A stretch of DNA of 64,000 nt from Oligoflexia bacterium (GCA_963758495.1 CAVWVI010000003.1:192001-256000); one strand, 5' to 3'. Shown: positions 1 through 10,438, counted from the stretch's first letter. The notes: a model not told the origin generated them from the sequence alone. Numbers and translations: made by a program.

Positions 1-1320
1 GCGAGCCAGGAGTTCTGCCCATCCTCTGCGACGCTTTTTCTGGGGCGAGGGAGTAGTCTCGGATGCTGCGATGACTCGGGTCTTTTCGGAAGTCTCCTCT
101 TTTTTGGGCACGATGGTGGAACGAATCTTGGAGTGAGGTGCGAGGCAGCCAAAGAATCTTGTCAGATGAATTCGAGGTGCGGGCACAAGTGCGGCGAGCT
201 TTTCGACAAACTCCAGTCCTGAGAAGAGCAGATGGCTAGTGCCATCGGAGTAAGGATGTTTGAGCTTGAGCACCACATCTCCAGAAGCACGAAGTTGGAG
301 GCGCTCCTCGGCGACAGCGGGTCTTGTGATATAACGGCACAACTTTTCAAGCTTACTTTTTTCCCCAGGTGCGCAATAGACCTCCGCGTGGAGCGAAAAC
401 CCGGCAACTACCGCGCAGAGCGGGCTTTTGAGTTCGGCTTGGAAGTCCCCAAATTCTCCGAAACCACCGCTACCCAGGCGCCGGACTCTTTGGCCTTTGC
501 GTTCCCCCAGGGCAATTCGTGATTGGACCGAGGCAGCCTGAAGTTCTGGAAGAAGTTCCTCTTGGGTCATGTCCTCGTCGGGGACAGCGAAGTCGACTTC
601 GTCTTGGATGTAGCCCCTTTTTTTCAGCAAACGGATTACCCGTTTGGCGAGCGTCAGGACCAGGGCTTGGATCTCGCCATCAGTCGGAGGATCAACCCAC
701 CAGTAACGTGGGCCTTGATGGGTTTCGTAGAATCCTCCTTCTAGGAAAAGCATGTGGTAGTGGATGTTCAGATTGAGACTTCCGCCAAATCTTTGGATGA
801 GAGTGACGGCACCAGGCTGGAGTTTGGCCTTGAGCCCCTTTTTCTCGGCTTTCTTCCTGATGAATGCGGTGATAGCCCGATGGATGAGGGTGAGACAACT
901 GGCCTGGATTTTGGGGTTCTTGGCCAGAATGAATCTCACCGGAATGGGAAACGAAATCACCCATTGCCGCACTCCGACCTTTGGAAACACCTCATCGACC
1001 AGATGAGCGGCACTCTCGGCCATTCTCCTGCCACCACAGGAGCTACAGAACCCTCTTTTTTTGCAGGAAAATGCCAAAAGTTTTTCATGTTGACAGTCTT
1101 CACAGCGCAGTCGCAGAAAGCCATAGGTAAGGATGCCGCACTGGAGAAAAGCTTCGAATTCTTGGGTGACATGTTTGGGGATGCATTTACCCGCTGAGTC
1201 GGCCAGTACTTCGAAGGTCCGGAAGTTCTGAGCTACGGCTTGGTAGAGAACGGTCTGCTCTGGCCGTCGTGGCGAGTATTGACCCCCGAACTCCGTGAAA
1301 CTCAACTGTGTTTGTCCCAT
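1..1320 (-). CDS. IS91-family (HUH/Y2 rolling-circle) transposase, 3' end runs off the window
   Basis: Not in the ORF track because it has no stop in the window. Hand translation from ATG at 1320 gives MGQTQLSF...EFEAFLQCGILTYGFLRLRCEDCQHEKLLAFSCKKRGFCSSCGGRRM (Zn-binding domain), then TLIQRFGGSLNLNIHYHMLFLEG (HUH motif), then LEKLCRYITRP...LAALVPAPRIHLTRFFGCLAP...WAELLAR. Confidence 0.92.
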   Translation of the reverse strand, partial: MGQTQLSFTEFGGQYSPRRPEQTVLYQAVAQNFRTFEVLADSAGKCIPKHVTQEFEAFLQCGILTYGFLRLRCEDCQHEKLLAFSCKKRGFCSSCGGRRMAESAAHLVDEVFPKVGVRQWVISFPIPVRFILAKNPKIQASCLTLIHRAITAFIRKKAEKKGLKAKLQPGAVTLIQRFGGSLNLNIHYHMLFLEGGFYETHQGPRYWWVDPPTDGEIQALVLTLAKRVIRLLKKRGYIQDEVDFAVPDEDMTQEELLPELQAASVQSRIALGERKGQRVRRLGSGGFGEFGDFQAELKSPLCAVVAGFSLHAEVYCAPGEKSKLEKLCRYITRPAVAEERLQLRASGDVVLKLKHPYSDGTSHLLFSGLEFVEKLAALVPAPRIHLTRFFGCLAPHSKIRSTIVPKKEETSEKTRVIAASETTPSPQKKRRRGWAELLAR

Positions 1321-1730
1321 AGGGGCTACGATGCATCGCAGGAACTGTGCCAACGGGGACCATCAACTCCCAACAGAAGGCGGTATTACAGGTTGAAGGG
1401 GGACGTCCACTTTTGAGTCTTTGGCTTGAGTTGGCCCAACACCTCGTAGCCAGATGGATTCCCGACCAAGTGCGCGGCTCCGTCTTTGTTCCTGAAACAT
1501 CTGAGAAGTTAGGCAATGTAATTGAGCGAGGAATCATCTCTGCACGGAAGAGGTCGTCCCAAAAAATTGATCATGACGATCTATCCTTTGATCAGCCTCT
1601 TGAAGCGATAGACGCCGGGGGGCGACGTATTGAAATGGCCAGGATTCTTTAAAATTTATTCTAAAGAAGTTCCTAAGTATCTCTATTCGCGGTTGAGAAG
1701 CATCACCGATGCACAATCAACACATGAAAG

Positions 1731-1806
1731 AAACCTCTAGGCAGGTCTGGGAAAGACTCGAGCTAAAATCACCTGCCCGAGTCTTTCCCAGACCTGCCTG
1801 AGGTTT
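1731..1806. repeat. Long inverted repeat/hairpin with perfect 20-bp arms
   Basis: gcaggtctgggaaagactcg (1741-1760) pairs with cgagtctttcccagacctgc (1778-1797), extended imperfectly by aaacctctag/ctgaggttt. Confidence 0.9.
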
Positions 1807-1852
1807 TCTAGAAATACTGCTAAGGAAAACAGGGTAAAAGCACTCAGTGCTA

Positions 1853-3317
1853 GTGGGTCACATGGCTCGGGGATGGCCAATTTTGTTGTCTGATTCTAAA
1901 AGCGAGCAGAAAGGATTGGCACTGAAAAGGCAATCCTAGTCAGTCATGGAGGGAATTCAATCATGGCTGCTGCTAGAAAAGAAGCACTTCGAACCCTAAC
2001 ACAAAAAGAACATCAAGCTCTAGAGCATTTGACCCACTCTTCGGCAGAACCCGCTTATCGAGTTGCGTGGGCTAAAGAACTCTTGGCAGTGGAGGCGGGA
2101 CTTTCTTACTCCGAGGCTGCACAAGCAGCAGGAAGGAGATCGAATGACGCCGTCTCTTACCTGGTCTTTCGCTTTAATCGAATGGGAATGACGGCGCTCA
2201 ATCTCCGCCATGGAGGTGGGAATCCTATTCAGTATGGAGCGTCTGAACAAGAAAAGATTTTGAAGCGATTTAAAACTCCTCCAGATAGAGAGCAAGATGG
2301 GACTGCGACCTGGTCCTTAAATACTCTTCAAGTGGCACTCAAAAGAAGAGATCAATTAGTTGTGAGTACTTCCATTATTTGGAAAACTCTTCACGAGAAT
2401 GGATATTCTTGGCAGCATAATAGAACTTGGGTAGATACTGGTAAAACAATGCGGATGCACAAAGACGGCCCTGTTGAAGTTAAAGATATTGATCGAGTTG
2501 CTAAAAAAAAATTATCGAGACGGCGTACTCGGAAGCCAGTAAGTTGGGCTTAGATTTGTGGTGTGAAGATGAGGCTGGCCCTTTTCAAGCGATCCCACAA
2601 CCTGGCCGCAGCTGGCAATTGGAGTCCCATCCAGCCAGAATTCCTCATGAATATATCCGAGGTGGAACGGCAAAGGTGTTGACTTTGTTTCATCCTCAAG
2701 ATGGGAAAATAAGAATTAAGGGAGTGGAAAGCTGCACCAATGCAGTAATGCATCCCTGGATGAAGACGCAATTCACGGCAATTCTTAAGCACTCTCCTGT
2801 TACTCCTGAACAAAAAAAGCAACAACACATGTCCCAAATCCAGCGCAATGCGATCTGGGAGCGCTGGCAAGACGGACTTCAAATCAAGTTTACTCTACCT
2901 GAGAAACTACCGCCTCTTCGGATATTACTGATTCTGGATAATCTCTCAGGCCACAAAACACCGGAAATGGTTCTCTGGTGGGTCTACCATGGAGTCATGC
3001 CCATCTACACGCCGATTAGTGGGTCCTGGCTGAATATGGCTGAATCAATTCAGAATATACTGAAAGCCCGTGCTTTAGCTGGAGCAATTCCAAAAAGTCC
3101 TCAGGATTTGATCGATTACTTTGAACAAGTGGCGCATGCCTGGAACCACAATCCTACTCCATTTGTTTGGGGCGGAAAAAGAGCAATCCGAAGACAACGA
3201 TCCCGAGAACGCCGTCATGCTTTATCAGGTTCTGGTGCCACTTCGAAATTGCCGATCAGTAGAAGCCGCTCGAAGGGTTGCCTGCTTCAATGGCCATCCC
3301 CGAGCCATCTGACCCAC
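1853..3317 (+). mobile_element. IS630-family insertion sequence, about 1.47 kb
   Basis: 27-bp TIRs with one mismatch (gtgggtcacatggctcggggatggcca at 1853-1879; inverse at 3291-3317). Duplicated TA at 1851-1852 and 3318-3319 within a CTAG target. Two-ORF DDE transposase inside. Confidence 0.93.
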
Positions 3318-3320
3318 TAG
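1963..3320 (+). CDS. IS630 transposase: HTH ORF 1963-2553 plus DDE ORF 2544-3320, joined by a probable -1 frameshift
   Basis: An A9 run at 2503-2511 links the frames (...VAKKIIETAYSEASKLGLDLWCEDEAG). DDE motifs CEDEAG, ILDNLSGHK, SWLNMAE. Confidence 0.88.
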
Positions 3321-5134
3321 TGGAAAACGAGCCGTACCCCAACGGACGCGTGGCAGCGCGAAGGATCACCATAGCCGCGAAATCCGGACCGCAGATGCCT
3401 CGCCGGACGAGCAAAGGAACCGCCGCGGAAGACGCGATCCGGACCTCTATCGTAAAGATCGCTTGTCCAAGTATACACGTTCCCCCGAGCATCATAGATC
3501 CCTGCAATCGCTCGCTTCGATCCTACCTTCTGCACCTGACTTTCGTCATACACTGCATAATTACCTAGTTCACCCTCAGGAAAGGGGTAAGGCCCAGCAT
3601 GAATTTGCTTGTCTACCCCAAGACGAGCCAGGTATTCCGCCTCGGCGCTGCTGATCAACCTCGGGATTAACCTACTTCCGTTCAATTTATTTTTTAGCTT
3701 TTCTACAAACGTATCCACCTCATGCGCAGTGATTCCGTTGGCAGGCAAATCCATCTCGCTTTCATTCCAGTTCTCAATCCCATAGCATCCCCGCAGAGCC
3801 GGTTTTCCATCCATGACTGCCATCCACTGACGCCGTATAATATGCGTATCCATTACAAAAAAAGGTCTTAAACTCACTCTGTGTGGGGTCTCTTCCCAAC
3901 TCTCTCGACCAGCTTCGCCTACTGATGTCCCCATTTCAAACGTTCCGCCAGGAAGTGCCACAACATGAATTCCAAATTCCGCCAGCCTCTGGTTAATCCT
4001 CTTTTCTGGATTGCCCATGTCCTCAAGGAAGTCGTGCGCCGCCCGATGCCCTTGCTCGACCGCTTTCTTTAACCAATTCTTTGCTTGGGCTTCATCTCTA
4101 GGTACCTCAAACCCATCGGCATACATCACTCCAAGACCAAACTGGATCTGCATATCTCCCTCTTGAGCTGACTTTAAACTGTCGCTCCAGTGCTTCTTGA
4201 GCCACTGAGAAGCCAATAGATAATCTTGTGGAACCCAATCATTCCCATGCAAATAAATTTTTGCCAGTGCCCGCTCTGCTTCTGCTAAATGAGAAAAGTG
4301 TTCGTCATGGGCATTTTTCCATATTTGCACGAACTCTCGAAATCCACGACGTTTCAAAGCTTCATGAGCCTGGGAGTTTCTATTTCTTGCGGCTTTCTCA
4401 TACCATTCCGCCGATTTTACAAAGTCCTGAGGACACCCCTCCCCTTTTTCCATAGCTTGTCCCACTACAAATTGAGCCTCAGGATTTCCTGCTTCTGCCA
4501 GTTCCTGCGTAATCCGAATTCCCTTCTTCAAAAATCTCTGGGCAACTTCAGTTAAACCCCTACTTTTAAATTCTGCTCCCTTCCTTATGTAATCCTGACT
4601 GATTTCAGCTAGAGTCGCCATTCGCTCCGATCCATGCCCCCCGTGCAGAATTTCACGAACCAAGTAAATAGAAATCGGATTCCCTTCCGTACGCAAAGTC
4701 ATCATCGGATCAAAAATATATTCATATCCTGCAAAAGACCCATCCCACCGAATAGTGTCATCATGAATGCCTTCAAAAAGCTCACGCGTTTCCTGAGTCA
4801 GCTTCACTGGATCAGCCGTTACGGGGTGAAGCGGAATCTTCTTTCCCTGCGACTCATCGCTTTGTGCTTGGACTAGCAAATTTTTACGATTATTTTCATC
4901 TCCTTGCCGTGTCCAAACAGAGAGTTCTCCCAGTCCAGTACCCCTGACCTTCCAACCTTCAAAGTCATCTACATCAATCAAGACATCTGAGAAAAGCTGG
5001 ACCACCGTTATTGCCGGCGATTGAAGAGAAGACTGCGAACTTGAAGAGTTCTCAGCACCCACAGCGATCCCTGCCCCACAGAATACACTCAAGCCCAAAA
5101 TTCCTAAGCTTCGGCAAAAAGGCTTTATTCGCAT
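3317..5134 (-). CDS. Secreted Sel1-repeat protein with C-terminal FGE-sulfatase/C-type-lectin-fold domain; candidate DGR target
   Basis: Signal peptide. Sel1 repeats (AQFVVGQAMEKGEGCPQDFVKSAEWYEKAA; QFGLGVMYADGFEVPRDEAQAKNWLKKAVEQG). FGE motifs LPGGTFEMG, EETPHRV, RLISSAEAEY, GIYDARGNV, RVFRGGSF...GVRLV. Confidence 0.88.
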   Translation of the reverse strand: MRIKPFCRSLGILGLSVFCGAGIAVGAENSSSSQSSLQSPAITVVQLFSDVLIDVDDFEGWKVRGTGLGELSVWTRQGDENNRKNLLVQAQSDESQGKKIPLHPVTADPVKLTQETRELFEGIHDDTIRWDGSFAGYEYIFDPMMTLRTEGNPISIYLVREILHGGHGSERMATLAEISQDYIRKGAEFKSRGLTEVAQRFLKKGIRITQELAEAGNPEAQFVVGQAMEKGEGCPQDFVKSAEWYEKAARNRNSQAHEALKRRGFREFVQIWKNAHDEHFSHLAEAERALAKIYLHGNDWVPQDYLLASQWLKKHWSDSLKSAQEGDMQIQFGLGVMYADGFEVPRDEAQAKNWLKKAVEQGHRAAHDFLEDMGNPEKRINQRLAEFGIHVVALPGGTFEMGTSVGEAGRESWEETPHRVSLRPFFVMDTHIIRRQWMAVMDGKPALRGCYGIENWNESEMDLPANGITAHEVDTFVEKLKNKLNGSRLIPRLISSAEAEYLARLGVDKQIHAGPYPFPEGELGNYAVYDESQVQKVGSKRAIAGIYDARGNVYTWTSDLYDRGPDRVFRGGSFARPARHLRSGFRGYGDPSRCHASVGVRLVFH

Positions 5135-5571
5135 ATTTCACCCTAATCATCTTATCGACCACAGAAATTAGACATTAAGGAAAAGCGCCTTTAGGGATTG
5201 ATAAGTTTTCATTGTGCGCCTGCCACGAAGGATGAATTGCAAAAAACCATAAAGAATTCATATATTCATCAAGGTAAAGTGGCGATCTGAACCCACTCAT
5301 CAACAAGTTATCACAAAAGCGATGTCATCATGATGATTTAACTTAAACTCGTCCTTCGTGACAGGCGCACAATATAAAAATAAGCATGGGTGCGTCACAG
5401 AGAATCAGAGAGAGAAAGTAGCTTTGAAGTTTGAGACTACAACACGCAGTTTGTACCGCTGGGAGAAACGCTACAGGGAGGGAGGAGTTAAAGTTGGCCG
5501 CTCAAAATGTCCCTAGCTCCTCAACCTCCACCCCAAGCCTCGCTGCGATCTTCTGCAACGTAGGCTTTCTC

Positions 5572-5595
5572 GTCCACGTCCACGTCCACGTCCAC
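5572..5595 (+). repeat. (GTCCAC)x4 tandem repeat upstream of uvrA
   Basis: gtccacgtccacgtccacgtccac read directly. Confidence 0.9.
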
Positions 5596-5679
5596 AAATC
5601 TTCTCGTTCGCTCCGCTGGACGGCTCTCTCCAAATCGAGCTTGCGTAATTGATCCCTATCTGACAAAAATACTTCAATC

Positions 5680-8550
5680 ATGCCACGTTCGATCCGCTTA
5701 ACTCGTGTTCGACAGAACAACTTAAAAAATATTACTGTAGAATTTCCAGCCCGCAAGATTTCAGTGATCACGGGCTTATCAGGCAGCGGAAAAAGCTCGC
5801 TTGCCTTTGATACTCTTTACGCAGAGGGCCAAAGACGCTACATTGAAAGCCTCTCTACTTACACTCGGCAATTCCTTGAAAAAATGCCCAAGCCGGATTT
5901 AGACGCCATTGAAAACATTCCACCTGCCATTGCACTTGAACAAAGAAATCATGTTCTCAACTCCCGAAGCACTGTTGGCACTCAAACAGAGGTGGTGGAC
6001 TACTTAAGGCTTCTTTTCGCAAAGATAGGACACACCTCCTGCATCGATTGCCAAGGTGAAGTTCGACAGTTAGATGCTCAAGCCATTGTAGATTGGGCTG
6101 CAGACTGGCTCCCCGGTCGAAAAGCCCTCATTGTTGCTCCCACCTTTGCGCCAGGAAAACTGGAGACAAAAAAGCCAGAAAAAGGAAAACTGAAAAAAAA
6201 ACCTTCTTCAATGATTCAGGTTTTAAAAGAGCAAGGTTTTCAAAGAATCCTCTTAAGATCTGGAAAGGCAAACTTTGAAGTTATAGACCTGGAAGAAGCC
6301 TCCACCTTCGAACTGAATCAAAATGAAGTTTACGTTGTCGTGGATCGCCTTCGCATCCATGAGATTCCCGATGCGGATACCCGTGGACGATTGCTCGATT
6401 CGATTGACCAGGCACTAGCGATCGGACAAGGACGAATTGCCTTTTTCGATATGGAAGAAGAAGCTTTCGAAAAAAAGTGGAAGACTTTTGATCATCGGTT
6501 TGCCTGCATCCGATGTGGACGTGAACACCGAATTCCAGAACCTCATCTTTTCTCCTTCAATAGTCCCATCGGCGCATGCTCAAAATGTAGTGGCTTTGGA
6601 TTTACATTAGATCTAGATGAGTCACTGGTAGTGCCCGATCCGACAAAAACTCTTAAAGAGGGTGCCATTGATCCCTTTGCAAAACCCTCTCTCTCGGATT
6701 GGCAGAAAGATTTATTTCGCTTTGCAGAGATGCAGGGAATCCCAATTGGAAAACGATATCGAGACTTGACTCCATCTGAAAAGCGTCTCCTTTGGAATGG
6801 AGACCCAAAGCTGAATATTAAGCCTAAGCCTAAGCCTAGGTCTAAAGATAACATCTTCCCTGGAATTCTAGCGTGCTTTGAAGAACTCAAACGCTGGAAG
6901 TATAAACTTCATATTCGAGTGTTCATTCGACGCTATCAAAGTCAAAGTCTTTGCACCGAATGCAACGGATCGCGATTGAAACCTGAAGCCCTTGCGGTAA
7001 AAATCGGAGGACAATCGATTGCCCATATTCTCTCAATCTCGATTCAAGATGCCATACAATGGATCCGCTCCACTTCCCTCACTCCCAACGAGCGGAAAAT
7101 CGCTAAAGAAGTTTTTGAACAAGTAGAAAGAAGGCTCTCCTTTTTAAATGAAGTCGGTGTAGGGTATCTCACTCTTTCTCGCCTCACCAAGACACTCTCA
7201 GGAGGAGAATTTCAAAGAATTAATTTAGCGACCCAACTCGGTAATGGCCTTTGTGGGACCCTCTATGTTTTGGATGAACCTTCGATTGGCCTTCATGCGG
7301 CTGATACAAATCGCTTGATCCGGGTGTTGCAAAGATTACGGGATCAAGGGAACACAGTTGTTGTCGTAGAGCATGATCTTGAGGTCATGAGAGCCGCTGA
7401 TTGGCTGATTGAGCTCGGACCCGGCGCAGGTCGGCGCGGGGGAGAGTTGATAGCACAGGGGACCCCCAAAGATTTAATCCAAACTCCGCTCAGTATTACT
7501 GGAAAATATCTTTCAGGTGATTTTCAACTTCAACAAGAGCGAGCACTTCGACCTCCTGCAAAACATCATCTTAAACTCCAGGGCTGTCGTGAAAATAACC
7601 TCAAGAATTTTACGGTAGAATTCCCTTTAAATCGGTTTGTAGTCGTCACAGGTGTATCAGGCTCTGGAAAAAGCACCCTGGTTCATAAAACACTTTTTAA
7701 CTCCCTCTCTCGCCACTATTATCGATCTACCGATCCTATAGGTCGATTGGATCGACTCTACGGAGCAGATCAACTCAAAGGGGTTGTGCTGTTAGATCAA
7801 ACGTCTATTGGAAAATCTTCCCGCTCCAACCCTGCAACCTATCTCAAAGCCTGGGATGAAGTCAGACGATTATACGCCAATCAAGTACTTTCGCTGAAGC
7901 GAGGATACACTCCTCAACACTTCTCCTTCAATGTAGATGGAGGTCGTTGCCCGGTATGCAAAGGAGAAGGTGAGATTACCTTGGATATGCATTTCATGGC
8001 GGAGGTGAAGCTCCCATGTGAAGAGTGTAACGGCAAAAGGTTTAAGAAATCGGTCCTTGACGTCACTTATCGGGGAAAGGATATTCATCAGCTTCTTCAC
8101 ACCACGATTGATGATGCATTTGAACTCTTCCGTGACAACGCTATCCTGGTTCGAAAATTAGGCACACTCAGAGACGTCGGTCTTGGATACTTACACTTAG
8201 GGCAGTCCTCAACAGTACTTTCCGGAGGAGAATCACAGCGATTAAAAATAGCCGCGACCTTAGAGGACAAATCCTTAGAAAATTTACTCTATATCTTTGA
8301 TGAACCGACCACGGGTCTCCATCTAGAAGACATTAAGAAACTTCTCACAGTCATCCAGGACTTAGTGGACGCAAAACACAGCGTCATCATGATTGAACAT
8401 CACCTCGATGTCATTGCTCAAGCAGACTGGGTGATTGACCTGGGTCCTTCTGGTGGAGCAGAAGGAGGCGAACTCATTGCAGAAGGAAGCCCTGCTGAAC
8501 TTTCTAAAAATCCGCGTTCTATTACAGGAAAAATATTAAGGGCAAGGTGA
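5680..8550 (+). CDS. uvrA: Excinuclease ABC subunit A
   Basis: TGLSGSGKSSLAFDTLYAEGQRRY, two ABC ATPase domains, CxxC zinc fingers, LSGGE signatures. Confidence 0.96.
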   Translation: MPRSIRLTRVRQNNLKNITVEFPARKISVITGLSGSGKSSLAFDTLYAEGQRRYIESLSTYTRQFLEKMPKPDLDAIENIPPAIALEQRNHVLNSRSTVGTQTEVVDYLRLLFAKIGHTSCIDCQGEVRQLDAQAIVDWAADWLPGRKALIVAPTFAPGKLETKKPEKGKLKKKPSSMIQVLKEQGFQRILLRSGKANFEVIDLEEASTFELNQNEVYVVVDRLRIHEIPDADTRGRLLDSIDQALAIGQGRIAFFDMEEEAFEKKWKTFDHRFACIRCGREHRIPEPHLFSFNSPIGACSKCSGFGFTLDLDESLVVPDPTKTLKEGAIDPFAKPSLSDWQKDLFRFAEMQGIPIGKRYRDLTPSEKRLLWNGDPKLNIKPKPKPRSKDNIFPGILACFEELKRWKYKLHIRVFIRRYQSQSLCTECNGSRLKPEALAVKIGGQSIAHILSISIQDAIQWIRSTSLTPNERKIAKEVFEQVERRLSFLNEVGVGYLTLSRLTKTLSGGEFQRINLATQLGNGLCGTLYVLDEPSIGLHAADTNRLIRVLQRLRDQGNTVVVVEHDLEVMRAADWLIELGPGAGRRGGELIAQGTPKDLIQTPLSITGKYLSGDFQLQQERALRPPAKHHLKLQGCRENNLKNFTVEFPLNRFVVVTGVSGSGKSTLVHKTLFNSLSRHYYRSTDPIGRLDRLYGADQLKGVVLLDQTSIGKSSRSNPATYLKAWDEVRRLYANQVLSLKRGYTPQHFSFNVDGGRCPVCKGEGEITLDMHFMAEVKLPCEECNGKRFKKSVLDVTYRGKDIHQLLHTTIDDAFELFRDNAILVRKLGTLRDVGLGYLHLGQSSTVLSGGESQRLKIAATLEDKSLENLLYIFDEPTTGLHLEDIKKLLTVIQDLVDAKHSVIMIEHHLDVIAQADWVIDLGPSGGAEGGELIAEGSPAELSKNPRSITGKILRAR

Positions 8551-8553
8551 ATT

Positions 8554-8586
8554 TAGAAAAACCTGTGGTTTTCACAGGTTTTTCTA
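8554..8586. terminator. Bidirectional intrinsic terminator
   Basis: tagaaaaacctgtg-gtttt-cacaggtttttcta between convergent genes. Confidence 0.75.
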
Positions 8587-8627
8587 CCTCACATTTCTTT
8601 CTCATTTTTCTGTCTCATTTTTCTGTC

Positions 8628-9146
8628 TCATTTTTCAAGCAACAACGGCTCTAAAGAAATCACGTACTGAGATTCTCCTTTGCTTTTCACTATTCTTCCA
8701 TGGGCTTTAAAATAGAGTCTAGCAGCTTCGTTACTATTACCTAATTTCACAAATTGATGAATCCATTCATCGCTACCCTCCTTTGGAATCAGGATAGGAT
8801 AAAGCGGAAATTTCCGTCTTTTAGAATTAGCGAGCCATGGATATTTATCAAAACAAATTTCAAAATAAGCTCGGATGACTTTGTTATCATTAGACACTGA
8901 AGATACTGCAGGAATCACTATAACCCGTCCAACCAAAGCATAAAGCTCACCATCCGCAAGTTCAAATTTTACACTTTCTGCATCAAACGGAATGGGAACA
9001 TGTCCTTCTCCGCCAGACGAAAAATCACCCCAGTTACTTACAGCATCCCTCCCAAACCCTTTTGAATGAGCCAGGGTTGAAAAAGACACTAATCCTGTTA
9101 AAAAAATCGCTCCCAGAACCCCTCGTGATTTTTTTTTCATATACAT
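8628..9146 (-). CDS. Hypothetical secreted protein
   Basis: 172-aa ORF with signal peptide (MKKKSRGVLGAIFLTGLVSFSTLAHS). Confidence 0.7.
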   Translation of the reverse strand: MYMKKKSRGVLGAIFLTGLVSFSTLAHSKGFGRDAVSNWGDFSSGGEGHVPIPFDAESVKFELADGELYALVGRVIVIPAVSSVSNDNKVIRAYFEICFDKYPWLANSKRRKFPLYPILIPKEGSDEWIHQFVKLGNSNEAARLYFKAHGRIVKSKGESQYVISLEPLLLEK

Positions 9147-9244
9147 ACAAATTCCCCTAATAAATTGCTTTGATCTTTAAAGAACTCCCACGAAAATGGG
9201 GAAGATTCTTAGATGGTAAGGAAGAAGACAGTTTAAAGATTCGC

Positions 9245-10438
9245 TCACCTCCCCTTTGAAGGAGAGGATTGCGAAAATCCTCCGTTCAAATGCTGAATCT
9301 TTAAATTGGGTGCGAGTCGATACCCTTCTTTCCAATTTAATAAATATTGTGGTTTGTGTACATCTGGCTCAATTAACTTTCTGAGACGATTAATATTGTA
9401 ATAAAGTTTGTTATCATGAACTTCAGGACTATAAGCTTCCTTCCAGACGTATTGAATGATTTCTGATTTCGATAATCCACGTTCCAAATCACTCCCAGAT
9501 TTGCGATGTGCAATCGAAAGTGCTTCCAGCAGATGTAATAAAACAAACTGTTTACGTAATGATATATGACCACTTTCGCGTGTCTTAACGGTTCCTTTCC
9601 TGCTATCGATCAATAGATCAACAGCATCTTGCTCTAGACGTCTTCTTTCTGCTGCAATATAGGAACGCAATAAACTAAACTCAGGAGCAGAGACTGCTTG
9701 ATCCACTAAGTCCAAGTACCAATAAGATTTGGAATAATCTTGCTGAATTCGTGATATTCGAGCATATCCATAGAGCGCATAAAGATGCTGATACCAATTA
9801 TGCTCTCCAAGAAATTGAATATCCGCTTTCTGATACCAGCTCAGCGCGATTTTCACGTCCTGTTTATATTCATAAAATGTTCCCAATATTAGATAAAGAA
9901 TTCCATTAATTCCTCTTAAATTTTTTGCTTCATACCGCCTTAAAATTTCTTCTATTAACCACAAAGCTCGCCTAAATTGCTTTCTCTTTTGACTCATCAG
10001 TGCAAGCATCAACCAACCTCGTACGACACCCTCTTCAGATTTTAGCTCTTTTCGACTCGCTCTCAGAAATCGATGAAAATAGCGTTGTGCCGCCCTAAAT
10101 TGGTTTTGATGATGAGCAACTGCTCCCTTGCAATACCAGGCCATGGGGGGAATTTGGCGAGGATAGGCATTCATGCATCGATTCAATTCTCGATCCCACT
10201 TCTCAGTAGCATCTGAGTCCAGTGCCTCGGCAGATAAGCGAAGGAGACCCGCAATGGCTTCCATACTTGATTTAAGATCGCGAATTTTCTTTGCTTCTTT
10301 CAGTGCAAATGCATAAACGACTTGTGCTTCTTTCAATTCACACTTCTCTGCATGAAGCTGCGCTATTTTAAGCCAGCTTTGAGGAGTCGTTTTTGACTTC
10401 TGAATTAAGGATGCTGTATACACTTTTACTTTATCCAT
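9245..10438 (-). CDS. TPR-repeat protein with C-terminal OmpR-type winged-helix DNA-binding domain
   Basis: Helical TPR-like repeats; C-terminus LSKSEIIQYVW...KLYYNINRLRKLIEPD...YLLNWKEGYRL. Start placed at MDKVKV (10438) to avoid overlap with the divergent gene. Confidence 0.8.
   Translation of the reverse strand: MDKVKVYTASLIQKSKTTPQSWLKIAQLHAEKCELKEAQVVYAFALKEAKKIRDLKSSMEAIAGLLRLSAEALDSDATEKWDRELNRCMNAYPRQIPPMAWYCKGAVAHHQNQFRAAQRYFHRFLRASRKELKSEEGVVRGWLMLALMSQKRKQFRRALWLIEEILRRYEAKNLRGINGILYLILGTFYEYKQDVKIALSWYQKADIQFLGEHNWYQHLYALYGYARISRIQQDYSKSYWYLDLVDQAVSAPEFSLLRSYIAAERRRLEQDAVDLLIDSRKGTVKTRESGHISLRKQFVLLHLLEALSIAHRKSGSDLERGLSKSEIIQYVWKEAYSPEVHDNKLYYNINRLRKLIEPDVHKPQYLLNWKEGYRLAPNLKIQHLNGGFSQSSPSKGR

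Noticed and set aside
162..1716. Many short ORFs in the track
   Set aside because: Mostly antisense or alternate-frame shadows of the IS91 transposase; no recognisable motifs.
6820..6837. (AAGCCT)3 in uvrA encoding KPKPKP
   Set aside because: Short in-frame repeat in a variable loop.
8599..8636. 13-bp tandem repeat tctcatttttctg, about 3 copies
   Set aside because: Local slippage duplication of a gene end next to a terminator; no sign of function.
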